From Candidatus Multivoradales bacterium (lineage in GTDB: Bacteria > Acidobacteriota > Thermoanaerobaculia > Multivoradales > JAHEKO01), in the NCBI GenBank assembly GCA_965223855.1, contig CBDCXM010000009.1, forward strand, positions 96,001 through 160,000: 64,000 nucleotides of DNA, given 5' to 3'. Position numbers and translations under genes: made by a program. Under the pieces are notes generated by a model. It saw only the letters and a program-made list of their open reading frames with translations. It was not told the DNA's origin and searched no databases. This document shows positions 37,662 to 49,165 of this stretch, one piece after another (position 1 is the stretch's first letter; every line of letters begins with the position of its first letter).

Positions 37662-38837
37662 CTACCGATCCACTTCGCCGAGCACGATGTCGGTCGTGCC
37701 GATGATCGCCACCAGATCCGCCAGCAGGTGATCCTGCGCCAGCTCGGGGACGATCTGCAGGTTGTAGAAAGAGGGAGCCCGCACGTGACAGCGGTCCGGG
37801 TTCGGCGTGCCGTTGCCGACGACGTAGAAGCCGATCTCTCCCTTCGGCCCCTCGATCGCGTAGTACGCCTCGGCACCCTTGTTCGCCTTGAGGACGCGCG
37901 GCCGCTTGGCCATGATGTCCCCTTCGGGAAGCTTGTCGAGGCACTGGCGCAGGATGCGCGCCGACTGCCGCATCTCCTCCATACGGACGAGGTAGCGGTC
38001 GTAGGTGTCGCCGTTGTAGTAGACCGGGACGTCGAACTCGACCTCGTCGTACGCCTCGTAGGGAGTCGCCTTGCGCAGGTCGAAATCGACCCCGCTGCCG
38101 CGCAGCATCGGGCCGGTGATGCCGTACTGGAGCGCCTGCTCCTTCGACATCACGCCGACGCCGACGGTGCGCTTCTTCCAGATCCGGTTGTTGGTCAGGA
38201 GCCCCTCGTAGATATCGACCTTCTCCGGGAACTTGTCGACGAAGGCGGAGCAGCGATCGGTCCAGCCGACCGGCAGGTCGAACGGCAGCCCGCCCGGGCG
38301 CATGCAGTTGAGCGTCAGGCGCGCGCCGCAGTACTCCTCGAAGAGATCGAGGATCTGCTCCCGCTCGCGGAAGCAGTAGAAGAACGGCGTCATCGCGCCG
38401 ATGTCGATCGCATGCGTGGCAAGCCACAGCAGATGGCTCGAGATCCGCTGCAGCTCGCACAGGATCGTGCGGATGTAGCTCGCACGCGGCGGCACGGTGA
38501 GCCCGGTCAGCTTCTCCACCGCGCCGACGTAGGCGAGGTTGTTGGTCGCCGCCGCCACGTAGTCCATCCGGTCGGTGTGCGGCACGTTCTGGAAGAACGG
38601 GTGCAACTCGAAGAGCTTCTCCGTACCGCGGTGCAGGTAGCCGATGATCGGGTAGCTGTCGACGATCCGCTCGCCGTCGATCTTCAGGTTGATCCGGAGC
38701 ACCCCGTGCGTCGACGGATGCTGGGGCCCGAGGGCGAGCTCCATCTCTTCGACGTCGAAGAGCGTCTCACGCGTGGGCTTGTTGCCTGAGCCGTTGCCCT
38801 GGCCATTGCCCTGGCCGTTGCCGTTGCCGTTCGCCAT
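37662..38837 (-). CDS. nuoD: Complex I subunit D
   Basis: GPQHPSTHGVLR, GYLHRGTEK, TGPMLRGSG, EGPKGE, GEVDR. Confidence 0.95.
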   Translation of the reverse strand: MANGNGNGQGNGQGNGSGNKPTRETLFDVEEMELALGPQHPSTHGVLRINLKIDGERIVDSYPIIGYLHRGTEKLFELHPFFQNVPHTDRMDYVAAATNNLAYVGAVEKLTGLTVPPRASYIRTILCELQRISSHLLWLATHAIDIGAMTPFFYCFREREQILDLFEEYCGARLTLNCMRPGGLPFDLPVGWTDRCSAFVDKFPEKVDIYEGLLTNNRIWKKRTVGVGVMSKEQALQYGITGPMLRGSGVDFDLRKATPYEAYDEVEFDVPVYYNGDTYDRYLVRMEEMRQSARILRQCLDKLPEGDIMAKRPRVLKANKGAEAYYAIEGPKGEIGFYVVGNGTPNPDRCHVRAPSFYNLQIVPELAQDHLLADLVAIIGTTDIVLGEVDR

Positions 38838-38853
38838 CGGTGTCAGAGGCCGC

Positions 38854-39750
<897 letters not shown>

Positions 39751-39760
39751 CGCGGTCGAT

Positions 39761-40236
<476 letters not shown>

Positions 40237-40237
<1 letters not shown>

Positions 40238-40593
40238 CAAGCCCAATTGAGAGCCCCCCGATTCCAGGCGTAGACGTAGCCGATGATGAGGATGATCAGG
40301 AAGACGACCATCTCGATGAAGCCGAAGAGCGCGAGCTGATCGAACATCACCGCCCACGGGAAGAGAAAGACCGTCTCGACGTCGAAGATGACGAAGAGCA
40401 CCGCCAGCAGGTAGTAGCGGATCGAGAACCGGTTGTCGTGGGCGAGCGTCTCGGCCGGGTTACCGCACTCGTACGGCTCGTTGTTGGTCGCTCCGGAGCC
40501 GGCCATCCGGAACAGTTTCGCCGCGATCAGCGTCGCCGCGAGGAACAGGATGGAGACGAGGGTGAAGACGAGGATCGGAAGATAGGTTTCCAT
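40237..40593 (-). CDS. nuoA: Complex I subunit A
   Basis: [31 protein letters not shown]. Confidence 0.95.
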
Positions 40594-40670
40594 TCAGCGC
40601 TGCCGAGACTGGTGCGCCCTCGAAGTGCGGCGCCCTCGATCGATGACCTGCTCTGCCTTGAAGCGCGGTC

Positions 40671-40698
40671 ATTGTACCGGAGGGTCTAGGCGAGTCAA
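40671..40698 (-). promoter_or_regulatory. Sigma-70 promoter of the nuo operon
   Basis: Minus strand TTGACT-N16-TACAAT. Confidence 0.65.
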
Positions 40699-40727
40699 GA
40701 CGCTCCGGCACCCCTGTTCGAGCCCCC

Positions 40728-41789
40728 TCAGGAGACCTGCCCGGAGGCCGTCAACGGCAGGTCGAAGAGACCCTCGATCGACGCGTCGCGAGCCTGCACG
40801 AGGACCCGGATCGCAGTGCCCATCCCCTCTGGATTGAGGAGCTGCGCGGCCTCCAGTCGCAACTCCATCGGCGCCTCCTCGAGGGCTTCGAACACTCCGC
40901 ACGCGCCGAGCCACTCGGCCTGGGAGACGACTGCGATCGTCTCGAGGCCGGCCGCCTCGCCTTCCTCGATCAGAGTGGTGAAGTCGACGTGGGCGGTGAG
41001 GTCCTGGCTGCCGATGTCGACGAACGGATCACGATGAACCGTCTGGCGGCGATAGCAGGCCACCGTGCCGTGGCGCCGCACTCGCGCGTCGAAGAGCCGC
41101 TCACGCTCGAAGCCGTAGTCGCAGGTGACGAGCAGGCCTCGCCCCAGGCGCTCGGCGAGCTGCCGGTAGAGCGGGCGCCAGCCGCGGGCGAGATCGACGA
41201 TCTGGCCGGGCTCGAATCGCGAGGTGTCCGCCAGCTCCCTCGAGAAGGGCTCGAGTACGGCAGTCGTGGCCGGTACGGTCTTCCAGCACAACGCCTCCTC
41301 TTCCAGCCCTACCCGGACCTCTTCCCAACCCTCGCCCGTCCACCTCAGTCGGTCGCACGGGAGGGCATCGAAGAGTTCGTAGGAGAAGAGGAGACCGGTG
41401 AGAGGCCCGACGCTCTCGAGATCCGCAACGACCTCGACTCCGCGAGGCGCCTCCCTGACGACGCGATCCCACGCCAGCAGACCGGCTTCGAAGGCGGGCG
41501 GCAGCGATCCGACCAGCGCCTCCAGGTGACGCCCGTTGCCGAATCCACCCTCCAGGAAGTCCGCCCTCCCGAGCTGGTGGCTGAGGCGCTGGAGCAGTCT
41601 CGCGGTGGAGCGACCGAAGAGCGGCGACAGCGACGAGCCGGTCACGAAGTCCCCCTGCGCCCCGATCCTCGGCGTCGGCGTCGCGTAGTAGCCCCCTTCT
41701 CCGTAAAGCGCTTCCTCCATAAACTCGGAGAACGGCAGGGGGCCGTGCCGTTCGATCCGGGCGCGCAGACGTTCTTCCGGCGTGCTCAC
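40728..41789 (-). CDS. MidA/NDUFAF7-family SAM-dependent methyltransferase
   Basis: GPLPFSEFMEEALY..GYY, GDFVT, ELFDALP, DYG, QDLTAHVDF; start at GTG 41789 or 41810. Confidence 0.88.
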   Translation of the reverse strand: MSTPEERLRARIERHGPLPFSEFMEEALYGEGGYYATPTPRIGAQGDFVTGSSLSPLFGRSTARLLQRLSHQLGRADFLEGGFGNGRHLEALVGSLPPAFEAGLLAWDRVVREAPRGVEVVADLESVGPLTGLLFSYELFDALPCDRLRWTGEGWEEVRVGLEEEALCWKTVPATTAVLEPFSRELADTSRFEPGQIVDLARGWRPLYRQLAERLGRGLLVTCDYGFERERLFDARVRRHGTVACYRRQTVHRDPFVDIGSQDLTAHVDFTTLIEEGEAAGLETIAVVSQAEWLGACGVFEALEEAPMELRLEAAQLLNPEGMGTAIRVLVQARDASIEGLFDLPLTASGQVS

Positions 41790-41795
41790 GACCGA

Positions 41796-41805
41796 AGTGT
41801 ATACT
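41796..41805. promoter_or_regulatory. Overlapping bidirectional -10 elements (TATACT +, TACACT -)
   Basis: Lie in the 25-bp gap between divergent starts at 41789 and 41815. Confidence 0.5.
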
Positions 41806-41814
41806 TCCACGCAA

Positions 41815-42855
41815 ATGTCTCAAGACAAGGGACTTCCGTCGGCCGAGCGACTGCTCGCACTGGTCGAGAGCATGGCCGGCCAGCCGGTCGTCATGCTCGT
41901 CGACATGGTGGCGGACCGCTTCATCAGCGGCACGCCGAAGCGGATCAGCCGCGAGGCGCCGGTGCTGATCCTGCGGCACGACAGCGAGACGGTGATCCCC
42001 GGCGGCGGCGCCAACGCCGTCGCCAACGTCGCGGCACTCGGCGGCCGGCCGCTGCCGCTGGGCGTCGTCGGCGCCGACGCCAGCGGGCGCGAGCTGCTCG
42101 ATCTCTTCGCCGGCCTCGGCATAGATACCGCGGGGATCGCAGTACGCGCCGGCTACCGCACGCCCACCAAGGTGCGGATCCTCGGCGGCGGCCGTCACGC
42201 GATCAAGCAGCAGATCGTGCGCTACGACATCGAGGACCAGCTCGAGCTGGGCACCGAGGAACGGGAGCTCTTCGATCGCGCTCTCGCAGGGTGGACGGGT
42301 ACCGCGGGCACGGCCGTGCTCTCCGACTACGGCTACGGTACGGTCGACCCGCAGCTGGCGCCGCGACTGCGCAGCGCGCTCGCCGACGGGGGTTCCCTCG
42401 TCTGCGACAGTCGCTACCGGCTCGGCGACTTCACCGGCATGGACGCCGCCACGCCGAACGCCGAGGAGGCCGAGATGCTTCTCGGGCGCGAGCTCGACCC
42501 CGACCTCGACGGCGCCGGTCGTGCGCTGCGCGAGCGACTCGACTGCCGGCACCTGCTGGTCACGCGGGGCAGCTCCGGGATGAGCCTCTTCTCCGATCTC
42601 GAGCACGCCCACCTGCCGGTCCACGGCTCGACCCAGGTCGCCGACGTCACCGGCGCCGGCGACACCGTGATCGGCACGTTCGCACTGGCGACCGCGGCCG
42701 GCGCCACCCCGCTCGAAGCGGCGCTCCTGGCCAACTATGCGGGCGGCATCGTCGTCATGAAGATGGGCACCGCGACGCTGACCCGCGACGAGCTGTCGGC
42801 GGCCGTCACGTCCGGGGGCCGGGTTCTCGAGGGGGTGACGTGGGACGGGTCCTGA
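41815..42855 (+). CDS. rfaE1: D-glycero-beta-D-manno-heptose-7-phosphate kinase (HldE kinase half, PfkB)
   Basis: RISREAPVLIL, PGGGANAVAN, TKVRI, SDYGYG, TPN, DVTGAGDTV. Confidence 0.88.
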   Translation: MSQDKGLPSAERLLALVESMAGQPVVMLVDMVADRFISGTPKRISREAPVLILRHDSETVIPGGGANAVANVAALGGRPLPLGVVGADASGRELLDLFAGLGIDTAGIAVRAGYRTPTKVRILGGGRHAIKQQIVRYDIEDQLELGTEERELFDRALAGWTGTAGTAVLSDYGYGTVDPQLAPRLRSALADGGSLVCDSRYRLGDFTGMDAATPNAEEAEMLLGRELDPDLDGAGRALRERLDCRHLLVTRGSSGMSLFSDLEHAHLPVHGSTQVADVTGAGDTVIGTFALATAAGATPLEAALLANYAGGIVVMKMGTATLTRDELSAAVTSGGRVLEGVTWDGS

Positions 42856-43322
42856 CGGAGGCGGAGCTCTCCGCCGAGATCGCACGCCTCAGAGAGGCCG
42901 GCCGTACCGTCGCGCTGGCGAACGGCCACTTCGACCTCGTGCACGTCGGCCACGTGCGCTACCTCACCGCCGCCGCCGCCGAGGCGGACGCGCTGGTCGT
43001 GGCGCTCAACTCCGACGCGTCGGTCGAGAGCCTCAAGGGGCCGGGGCGCCCGATCGTCCCGGCCGGGGAGCGCGCCGAGCTGCTGGCGGCGCTCGCGGTG
43101 GTCGACTACGTCGTCGTCTTCGAGGGCGACACCCCGGGGCCGCTGATCTCACGGCTCCAGCCCGATGTGCACTGCAAGGGGACCGACTACGGCACGCCGG
43201 AGAACGTGCCCGAGTACGAGGTCGTGCGCGCCTACGGTGGGCGGACGGCCCTCGTCGGCGACCCCAAGGACCACTCCACCACCGACATCATCGCCAGCGT
43301 CCGCCGCCTCGGCGACAGCTGA
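42840..43322 (+). CDS. rfaE2: Heptose-1-phosphate adenylyltransferase (HldE second half)
   Basis: LANGHFDLVHVGHVRYL, VALNSDASV..LKGPGRP, KGTDY, HSTT. Confidence 0.9.
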   Translation: MGRVLTEAELSAEIARLREAGRTVALANGHFDLVHVGHVRYLTAAAAEADALVVALNSDASVESLKGPGRPIVPAGERAELLAALAVVDYVVVFEGDTPGPLISRLQPDVHCKGTDYGTPENVPEYEVVRAYGGRTALVGDPKDHSTTDIIASVRRLGDS

Positions 43323-43332
43323 GGAGCGCCCC

Positions 43333-44340
43333 GTGGCGCCGTCGCGGATCCTCATCGTGCGCACGAGCGCGATGGGAGACGTGGTCCACACCCTGCCGCT
43401 CGCCACGGCGCTGAGGAGACGCCGGCCGGAGGCGCGCATCGGCTGGGTGGTCGAGTCCGCCTGGGCACCGCTGCTGGCGGAGCACAACGCCGTCGACGAG
43501 GTGATCGAAGTGCGGCTCAAGACGTGGCGCAAGCGGCCTCTGTCGCGGGAGACCCGGCGGCAGTTACGGGAGTTCCTCGCCCGCCTCGACGGCTTCGAGG
43601 CGGACGTCGCGATCGACGCGATGGGCAACCACAAGGGCGCGCTGATCGCCGCCCTCAGCCGCGCCGGCAGGGTGATCGGAGCGCGCCGGGAAGACCGGCG
43701 CGAGCCCTCCAGTGCTGTGTGGGCCGGCGAGTCGATCCCGGTACGGGGCGCGCACGTCGTCGAACGGCAGCGCTCGCTCGCCGCCGCAGTCGATGCCGAC
43801 GACGGGGTGATCGACTTCGACGGCGACTCGATCCTGCCCCGCTCGCAGGCGGCGTCGGTGCCTCCGATCCTCATCCAACCCTCCGCCGGCTGGCCGAGCA
43901 AGGAGTACCCGCCGGAACGCTGGGCGGCGGTCGCCGCCGCCCTCGCCTCCGACTTCCCCGTCGGCATCCTCGTCGCCCCGGGAGAAGGCGCTCTCGCCGA
44001 GTTGATCGCGGAGCAGGCAGGCGCCGGCACCACCACCGTCGACGCGCTCAACCTGCCGGCGCTCGCCGCGGCGCTGCGCGGAGCCAAGCTGATCCTCGGC
44101 GGCGACACCGGCCCGGTGCACCTCGCGCACGCGCTGGGAACCCCGGCGATCTGCCTCCTCGGGCCGACCGATCCGGAGCGCAACGGCTTGTGGGGGGCTC
44201 CCGACCGGAATCTCTCCCATCGGCTGCCGTGCAGTTTCTGCTATCAGAGGTTCGACGAGGCCAAGGCCTGTCTTCTGGAGATCGCTCCCGAGGAGATCGT
44301 CGCCCGCGCCTCGTCGCACTTCCGGGCGGCCGCTCGGTAG
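43333..44340 (+). CDS. LPS heptosyltransferase (GT9, WaaC-like)
   Basis: ILIVRTSAMGDVVHTLP, GGDTGPVHLAHALGTP, LGPTDP. Confidence 0.85.
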   Translation: MAPSRILIVRTSAMGDVVHTLPLATALRRRRPEARIGWVVESAWAPLLAEHNAVDEVIEVRLKTWRKRPLSRETRRQLREFLARLDGFEADVAIDAMGNHKGALIAALSRAGRVIGARREDRREPSSAVWAGESIPVRGAHVVERQRSLAAAVDADDGVIDFDGDSILPRSQAASVPPILIQPSAGWPSKEYPPERWAAVAAALASDFPVGILVAPGEGALAELIAEQAGAGTTTVDALNLPALAAALRGAKLILGGDTGPVHLAHALGTPAICLLGPTDPERNGLWGAPDRNLSHRLPCSFCYQRFDEAKACLLEIAPEEIVARASSHFRAAAR

Positions 44341-44480
44341 CGGCGGCGCCGGACTCCCTCCACCGTCCGGCCTGCCCGGCTGGGGGCACCCCTGAGATTC
44401 GGGCCGCCCACACTGCGAGAGCTACCTCCAGTGATGTCAAGCGCGTGTCGACCGGACCAGGCCTCCCGCTCGGAAAGAGC

Positions 44481-44510
44481 TTGACATCCATTTGTGGATC
44501 GCCTGACAAT
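44481..44510 (+). promoter_or_regulatory. Putative sigma-70 promoter of the radical SAM gene
   Basis: TTGACA-N18-GACAAT. Confidence 0.5.
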
Positions 44511-44569
44511 TTTCCCGGGGAACATCGTCGGAGGTGCGCTCCCCGCGCCATTCTCTGACTGGAGGACGC

Positions 44570-46588
44570 ATGGAGATCTTCCTCGCAGACCTGGGTCACA
44601 GTCTGCTGACCCTGAGTTCGGACATATTCCCGCTCGGCATCGCCAACCTGGCGACCTATCTTCAGGCCTTCCTCGGAGAAGTCCTGCTCGACATCAGCCT
44701 GTTCCGCGATCCGGCCGAACTCAAGGTCGCGCTCGACAAGGGCCCGCCCGACGTGCTGGCGCTGTCGAGCTACGCCTGGAATCACAACCTCGCGCGCGCC
44801 TTCGCCTCGCACACGAAGGAGCGGTATCCCGAGGTGCTGACCGTCGTCGGAGGCCCCCACTTTCCGCTGACCCGGCCGGAGCAGGAGAGCTACCTGCGCT
44901 CGGTGCCGGAGTTCGACGTTGCGAGCCGCGGCCCGACCTATGAGGGAGAGCGAGCCTTCCTGAACGTGATCCGGCGCTTCCACGAGGCGGACAGGAACCT
45001 CGACTCGATGCAGGCCGAAGAGCTTCCCGGAGCGGTGTGGGTGCGCAAGAGCGACGGAGAGTTCATGCACGGCGGAGCGATCGATCGGATCCTCGACCTC
45101 GACGAGATTCCGTCTCCCTACCTCGCCGGCATGATGGATCGGTACATCGGCACCGGCCTCTTCCCGATGCTCCAGATGTCGCGCGGCTGTCCGTTCACCT
45201 GCACGTTCTGCAACTCGGCAGTCGCCGACAACAGCAGGGTCCACCGACACTCGGTCGAGAACGTCTACGCCGACCTCGAGTATCTGGCGCAGCGCGTCAA
45301 GCCGGAGACGCCGGTCTGCTTCGCCGACGACAACTTCGGGATGTACCCGTGGGACGAAGAGCTGGCCGACAGGATCGCCCACCTCCAGGATCGCTACGGC
45401 TGGCCCCAGTACCTGCGAACCACCACCGGCAAGAACCGCAGCGACCGAATCATCCGCGTGATGCGCAAGATCCGCGGCGCGCTGCCGATGACCGCCGCGG
45501 TGCAATCGCTCAACCCCCAGGTGCTCGCCAACATCGAGCGCGACAACATCAGCCTCGACGCCTACGCCGACATCCAGAAGGAGGTCCAGGCGCAAGGGAT
45601 GCAAGCCTACGGCGAGCTGATCCTCTGCCTGCCGGGAGAGACCAAGGAGTCGTTCTTCAAGGCGGTGCGCGACCTGCTCGAGACCGGGGTGAGTCGTGTC
45701 TCCGCCCACCAGCTCATGCTGCTCTACGGCGCCCCGCTGGCCAACCCGGAGGAGCGCGAGCGGCACGGCTTCGGCACACGCTTCCGGGTCGTCGCCCGCA
45801 ACATCAGCGACTATCTCGGCGAGCCGATCATCGAGACCGAGGAGATCGTCGTCGAGACGCCGACCTTCAGCTTCCAGGACTATCTCGACTGCCGGGTCTT
45901 CCATCTGCTGCTGACGATCTTCTTCTACGAGGACAATTTCCAGGAGGCGTTCGAGCTGGCGCGGCACTACGGCATCCGGCCGTTCGACGTGGTCGAACGC
46001 CAGGCGCAGCGCCTCGAGGACGCGCCCGAAGCGCTGACCGAGGTGCTCGCCGACTTCGTGCGCGAGAGCAAGGAGGAGCTCTTCGACACGGACGAGGAGT
46101 GCCTCGCCTGGTCACGGGAGAACTACGAGCGCCTGGTCAGCGGCGAGCTGGGCGGGAACCTGCTCTCCAAGTACTCGATGCTGGGCCGCTTCTTCACGAC
46201 CCGTGCTTCGCTCGAGTTTCTCGAGGACGCGATCGACTCGCTCCTCGAAGAGCGGGGGGCGCCGCCCGAGGCGTTCGAGCAGCTCACCGCCGTCTGCAGC
46301 TACCTGGAGACCCTCATGCTCCGCTCACCCTTCGCCGAGAGCGTCCAGGACGAGCCCTTGTGGACGACTCGCTACGATGTCGAAGCCTGGCGTGACGGCG
46401 GCTTCGGCGACCTGTCGGAATATCGCTACGAGCGCGAAGAGACGTTCCCGACCGCGGTGCCGGACTCCCGGCGCGAGCTGATCCTGAGCCGGGTCGCTGC
46501 CTTCGGCGATAACCCCCAGGGGCTCGGGAAGTTCACGCGTACGATGTTCGCGCGGGACCTTCGACGGGAACTCGTCGTCGCGAACTGA
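44570..46588 (+). CDS. Cobalamin-binding radical SAM enzyme
   Basis: RBS GGAGG; PLGIANLATY, SSYAWN, VVGGP, EGE, GCPFTCTFC, DDNFG, LPGET. Confidence 0.88.
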   Translation: MEIFLADLGHSLLTLSSDIFPLGIANLATYLQAFLGEVLLDISLFRDPAELKVALDKGPPDVLALSSYAWNHNLARAFASHTKERYPEVLTVVGGPHFPLTRPEQESYLRSVPEFDVASRGPTYEGERAFLNVIRRFHEADRNLDSMQAEELPGAVWVRKSDGEFMHGGAIDRILDLDEIPSPYLAGMMDRYIGTGLFPMLQMSRGCPFTCTFCNSAVADNSRVHRHSVENVYADLEYLAQRVKPETPVCFADDNFGMYPWDEELADRIAHLQDRYGWPQYLRTTTGKNRSDRIIRVMRKIRGALPMTAAVQSLNPQVLANIERDNISLDAYADIQKEVQAQGMQAYGELILCLPGETKESFFKAVRDLLETGVSRVSAHQLMLLYGAPLANPEERERHGFGTRFRVVARNISDYLGEPIIETEEIVVETPTFSFQDYLDCRVFHLLLTIFFYEDNFQEAFELARHYGIRPFDVVERQAQRLEDAPEALTEVLADFVRESKEELFDTDEECLAWSRENYERLVSGELGGNLLSKYSMLGRFFTTRASLEFLEDAIDSLLEERGAPPEAFEQLTAVCSYLETLMLRSPFAESVQDEPLWTTRYDVEAWRDGGFGDLSEYRYEREETFPTAVPDSRRELILSRVAAFGDNPQGLGKFTRTMFARDLRRELVVAN

Positions 46589-46606
46589 TCCGCGCGACCA
46601 GACCCG

Positions 46607-46930
46607 GTGACGCTCGAGCAGTGGATCGCACTGTGCCGCCGTGCGCGGTCCGACGGCGCGAGATCAGACGGTGCGGTAACCGGCGCGAGCTGGATCGAAG
46701 CCGGAATCACACCGCCTCCGGTGACGGCACCGCCCCTGACCAGGGTGCCGCTCGAGGAGGCCGAAAAGCTTATCGAACGCGCCGCCGGGCTGGATTCGGA
46801 CGAAGCCCGCGAGCTGCTCGAAGGTGCACTCGCCTGGCTCGAGCATCCGCATCCACAGGCCTCGCCGGAACTGCTTCGGAGGATGCGCGAACAATCGCGC
46901 ACCCTGACGCAGGCTCTCGGCGACCGCTAG
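46607..46930 (+). CDS. Hypothetical protein or gene remnant
   Basis: 107-aa ORF filling the gap, helical C-part, no recognisable motif. Confidence 0.4.
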   Translation: MTLEQWIALCRRARSDGARSDGAVTGASWIEAGITPPPVTAPPLTRVPLEEAEKLIERAAGLDSDEARELLEGALAWLEHPHPQASPELLRRMREQSRTLTQALGDR

Positions 46931-46961
46931 CGGCACCCCCCGACGGCGCGGAGGATCGCCC

Positions 46962-48968
46962 TCAGAGCGCCGAGAGTCGGCGCAGGTCCGCCGCCCTGCC
47001 GACGACGACGAGTCGATCGCCCGGACCGATCACGGTCGACGGCTCGGGGACGAGTTCGATCTCGTGCTCTCCCGGGCGCGCGCCGCGACGGAGCATCAGA
47101 ACGTGAGCACCGTAGCGGGCACGCACGTCGAGGTCTGCGATCGACCTGCCGACGAACCTCCCGGGGGTCTCCATCTCCACCATCTCGTAGTCGGCGCCGA
47201 GGCTGACCGAGTCGGTAGCCGTCGCCACCAGGCTGCCCGAGAGTTCTGCCGCCATGTCGCGCTTGAGCACTTCTTCGTTGTATGCGTCGAGCAAGTGCTT
47301 GCGAGTCACCACGCCGACGAAGCGACCGCCGTCGACCACCGGAAGCTCTTCCCTGTTCCTACCTGCGAAGATCTTCGTCACGGTATCCAGGTCCTGTGAC
47401 GGTGACAGCGAACTTGCGTCCGCACGGGCGAGGTCTCGGGCTTCCAGAGAATCCACATGGCCGAGATCGGCGAGCCGGGTGCGCAGTTCGTCGATGACGA
47501 TGACCCCTTCGAGAGCGCCATCCTCGCGGACGACGTAGAGGCACGGATGCGGATGGTCGCTCACCAGCGCCACCACCTCTCCAACCGTGAGATCTCCGGA
47601 AACCGTCGGCGCTCCCGCGCTCATCACGTCCGCCACCTTGAGGGCGCGCAGAACGTTCAGGTCCCTGCCCCGGCGCAGATCGACCCCCCTGCGCAGCAGC
47701 TTGACCGTGTAGATGGAGTCCCGACGGAGTCTCGTGGCGAGCAGCGTCGCGAGCATGCACGACGCCATGATCGGCACAATCAGCGCGTAGTCCGAGGTCA
47801 TCTCGAAGAGGATGAGGATCGCCGTCAGCGGTGCATGAGTCGTCGCGGCAACCACGGCGCCCATGCCGACGAGGGCGTAGGCACCGGGGTTCGCCGCCAC
47901 CTCCGGCGCCCACGCGTGCGCTACGGTCCCGACCGCTCCCCCAGTCATCGCGCCCAGGAACAACGATGGTGCGAACACTCCTCCGGAGCCCCCGGAGCCG
48001 ATCGTGACGCTCGTCGCCACGATCTTGAACACGAGCAGCGCCGCGAGCATCGTCATCGACAGGTCTCCAACCAGTGCCTGCTCGATCGCCTCGTAGCCGA
48101 CTCCGAGAACGTGGGGGTACGCGAGTCCGATCGCGCCCACCAGCACACCGCCGACGACCGGCAGGAACCATCCCGGGATCGGAGTCCGATCGGCGACATC
48201 CTCGGCGGCGTAGAGAATTCGCACGAAGGCGAGGCCGACCAACGCCGCGACGATCCCGAGAACGGCATAGACCCCCAGTTCCCACGGGCTGGTCAGCGAG
48301 TACTCCGGAACCACGAACGCCGGAATGTCGCCCAGGTAGTGGCGCGAGATGACCGTGGCGATCACCGACGAGATGACGATCGGCGTGAACTGGGTGACCG
48401 CGAACTCACCGAGGATCACCTCAGCCGCAAAGAGCGGCCCGGCGATCGGCGCGTTGAACGTCGCCGCGACACCGGCCGCGGCACCACAGCCGACGAGCGT
48501 CCGCAGCCGGCTGCCCGACAGGCGGAAGAGCTGTCCCAGCGCCGAGCCGAGGGCGGAGCCGATCTGAACGATCGGCCCTTCGCGACCGACCGAGCCTCCG
48601 GTACCGATCGACACGGCCGAGGCGAGACTCTTGACCACCACCAGACGCGGCCGGATCACTCCCGACCGCATCGCCACCGCCTCCATCACCTCGGGGACGC
48701 CGTGCCCCTTCGCCTCGCGCGCGAAGCAGTGCACAAGCGGCCCGACGATCAGGCCGCCCAGCGCCGGCACCAGGACTACGTACCAGCCGGGGTGTGAGCG
48801 GATCAGGTCGAGGGGTACCGGTGCTCCTCCCCAACTCCACGTCTGGACCGCCTCGATCAGGCGGCGAAAGAGAACAGCCCCGACACCGCCGAGGCAACCG
48901 ACCGCAGCGGCCATCACGACCATGAAGCTGTGCTCGGCCTGCATGGCCCGCTCGAGTAGACGGCGCAT
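46962..48968 (-). CDS. ClC chloride channel/transporter with CBS pair and TrkA-C domain
   Basis: GHGVPE, GREGP, FNAP, GGVFAPS, CBS repeats, C-terminal RCK-C-like segment. Confidence 0.9.
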   Translation of the reverse strand: MRRLLERAMQAEHSFMVVMAAAVGCLGGVGAVLFRRLIEAVQTWSWGGAPVPLDLIRSHPGWYVVLVPALGGLIVGPLVHCFAREAKGHGVPEVMEAVAMRSGVIRPRLVVVKSLASAVSIGTGGSVGREGPIVQIGSALGSALGQLFRLSGSRLRTLVGCGAAAGVAATFNAPIAGPLFAAEVILGEFAVTQFTPIVISSVIATVISRHYLGDIPAFVVPEYSLTSPWELGVYAVLGIVAALVGLAFVRILYAAEDVADRTPIPGWFLPVVGGVLVGAIGLAYPHVLGVGYEAIEQALVGDLSMTMLAALLVFKIVATSVTIGSGGSGGVFAPSLFLGAMTGGAVGTVAHAWAPEVAANPGAYALVGMGAVVAATTHAPLTAILILFEMTSDYALIVPIMASCMLATLLATRLRRDSIYTVKLLRRGVDLRRGRDLNVLRALKVADVMSAGAPTVSGDLTVGEVVALVSDHPHPCLYVVREDGALEGVIVIDELRTRLADLGHVDSLEARDLARADASSLSPSQDLDTVTKIFAGRNREELPVVDGGRFVGVVTRKHLLDAYNEEVLKRDMAAELSGSLVATATDSVSLGADYEMVEMETPGRFVGRSIADLDVRARYGAHVLMLRRGARPGEHEIELVPEPSTVIGPGDRLVVVGRAADLRRLSAL

Positions 48969-49165
48969 CGTGGAATCTGCAGAGTATCTCTCCGCGCTCC
49001 CGTATTCAGCCTCGGAGCCGCAGGCGAGTTCAGCAGGATCGACAGTCCGGCGGCGCGAGCCACCGGCGCGCGTTCTCCGCCAACGACCCCCTTGACGTCG
49101 TACTCGCCGTCCCGAACTCGGCCGACAACCGGAATTCCGCTCGCTGGAGCGGCGTTGGCTTCGGC

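Noticed and set aside
44340-44570. Cobalamin or SAM riboswitch before the radical SAM gene
   Set aside because: No B12-box or S-box core seen; the putative promoter leaves only a ~55-nt leader
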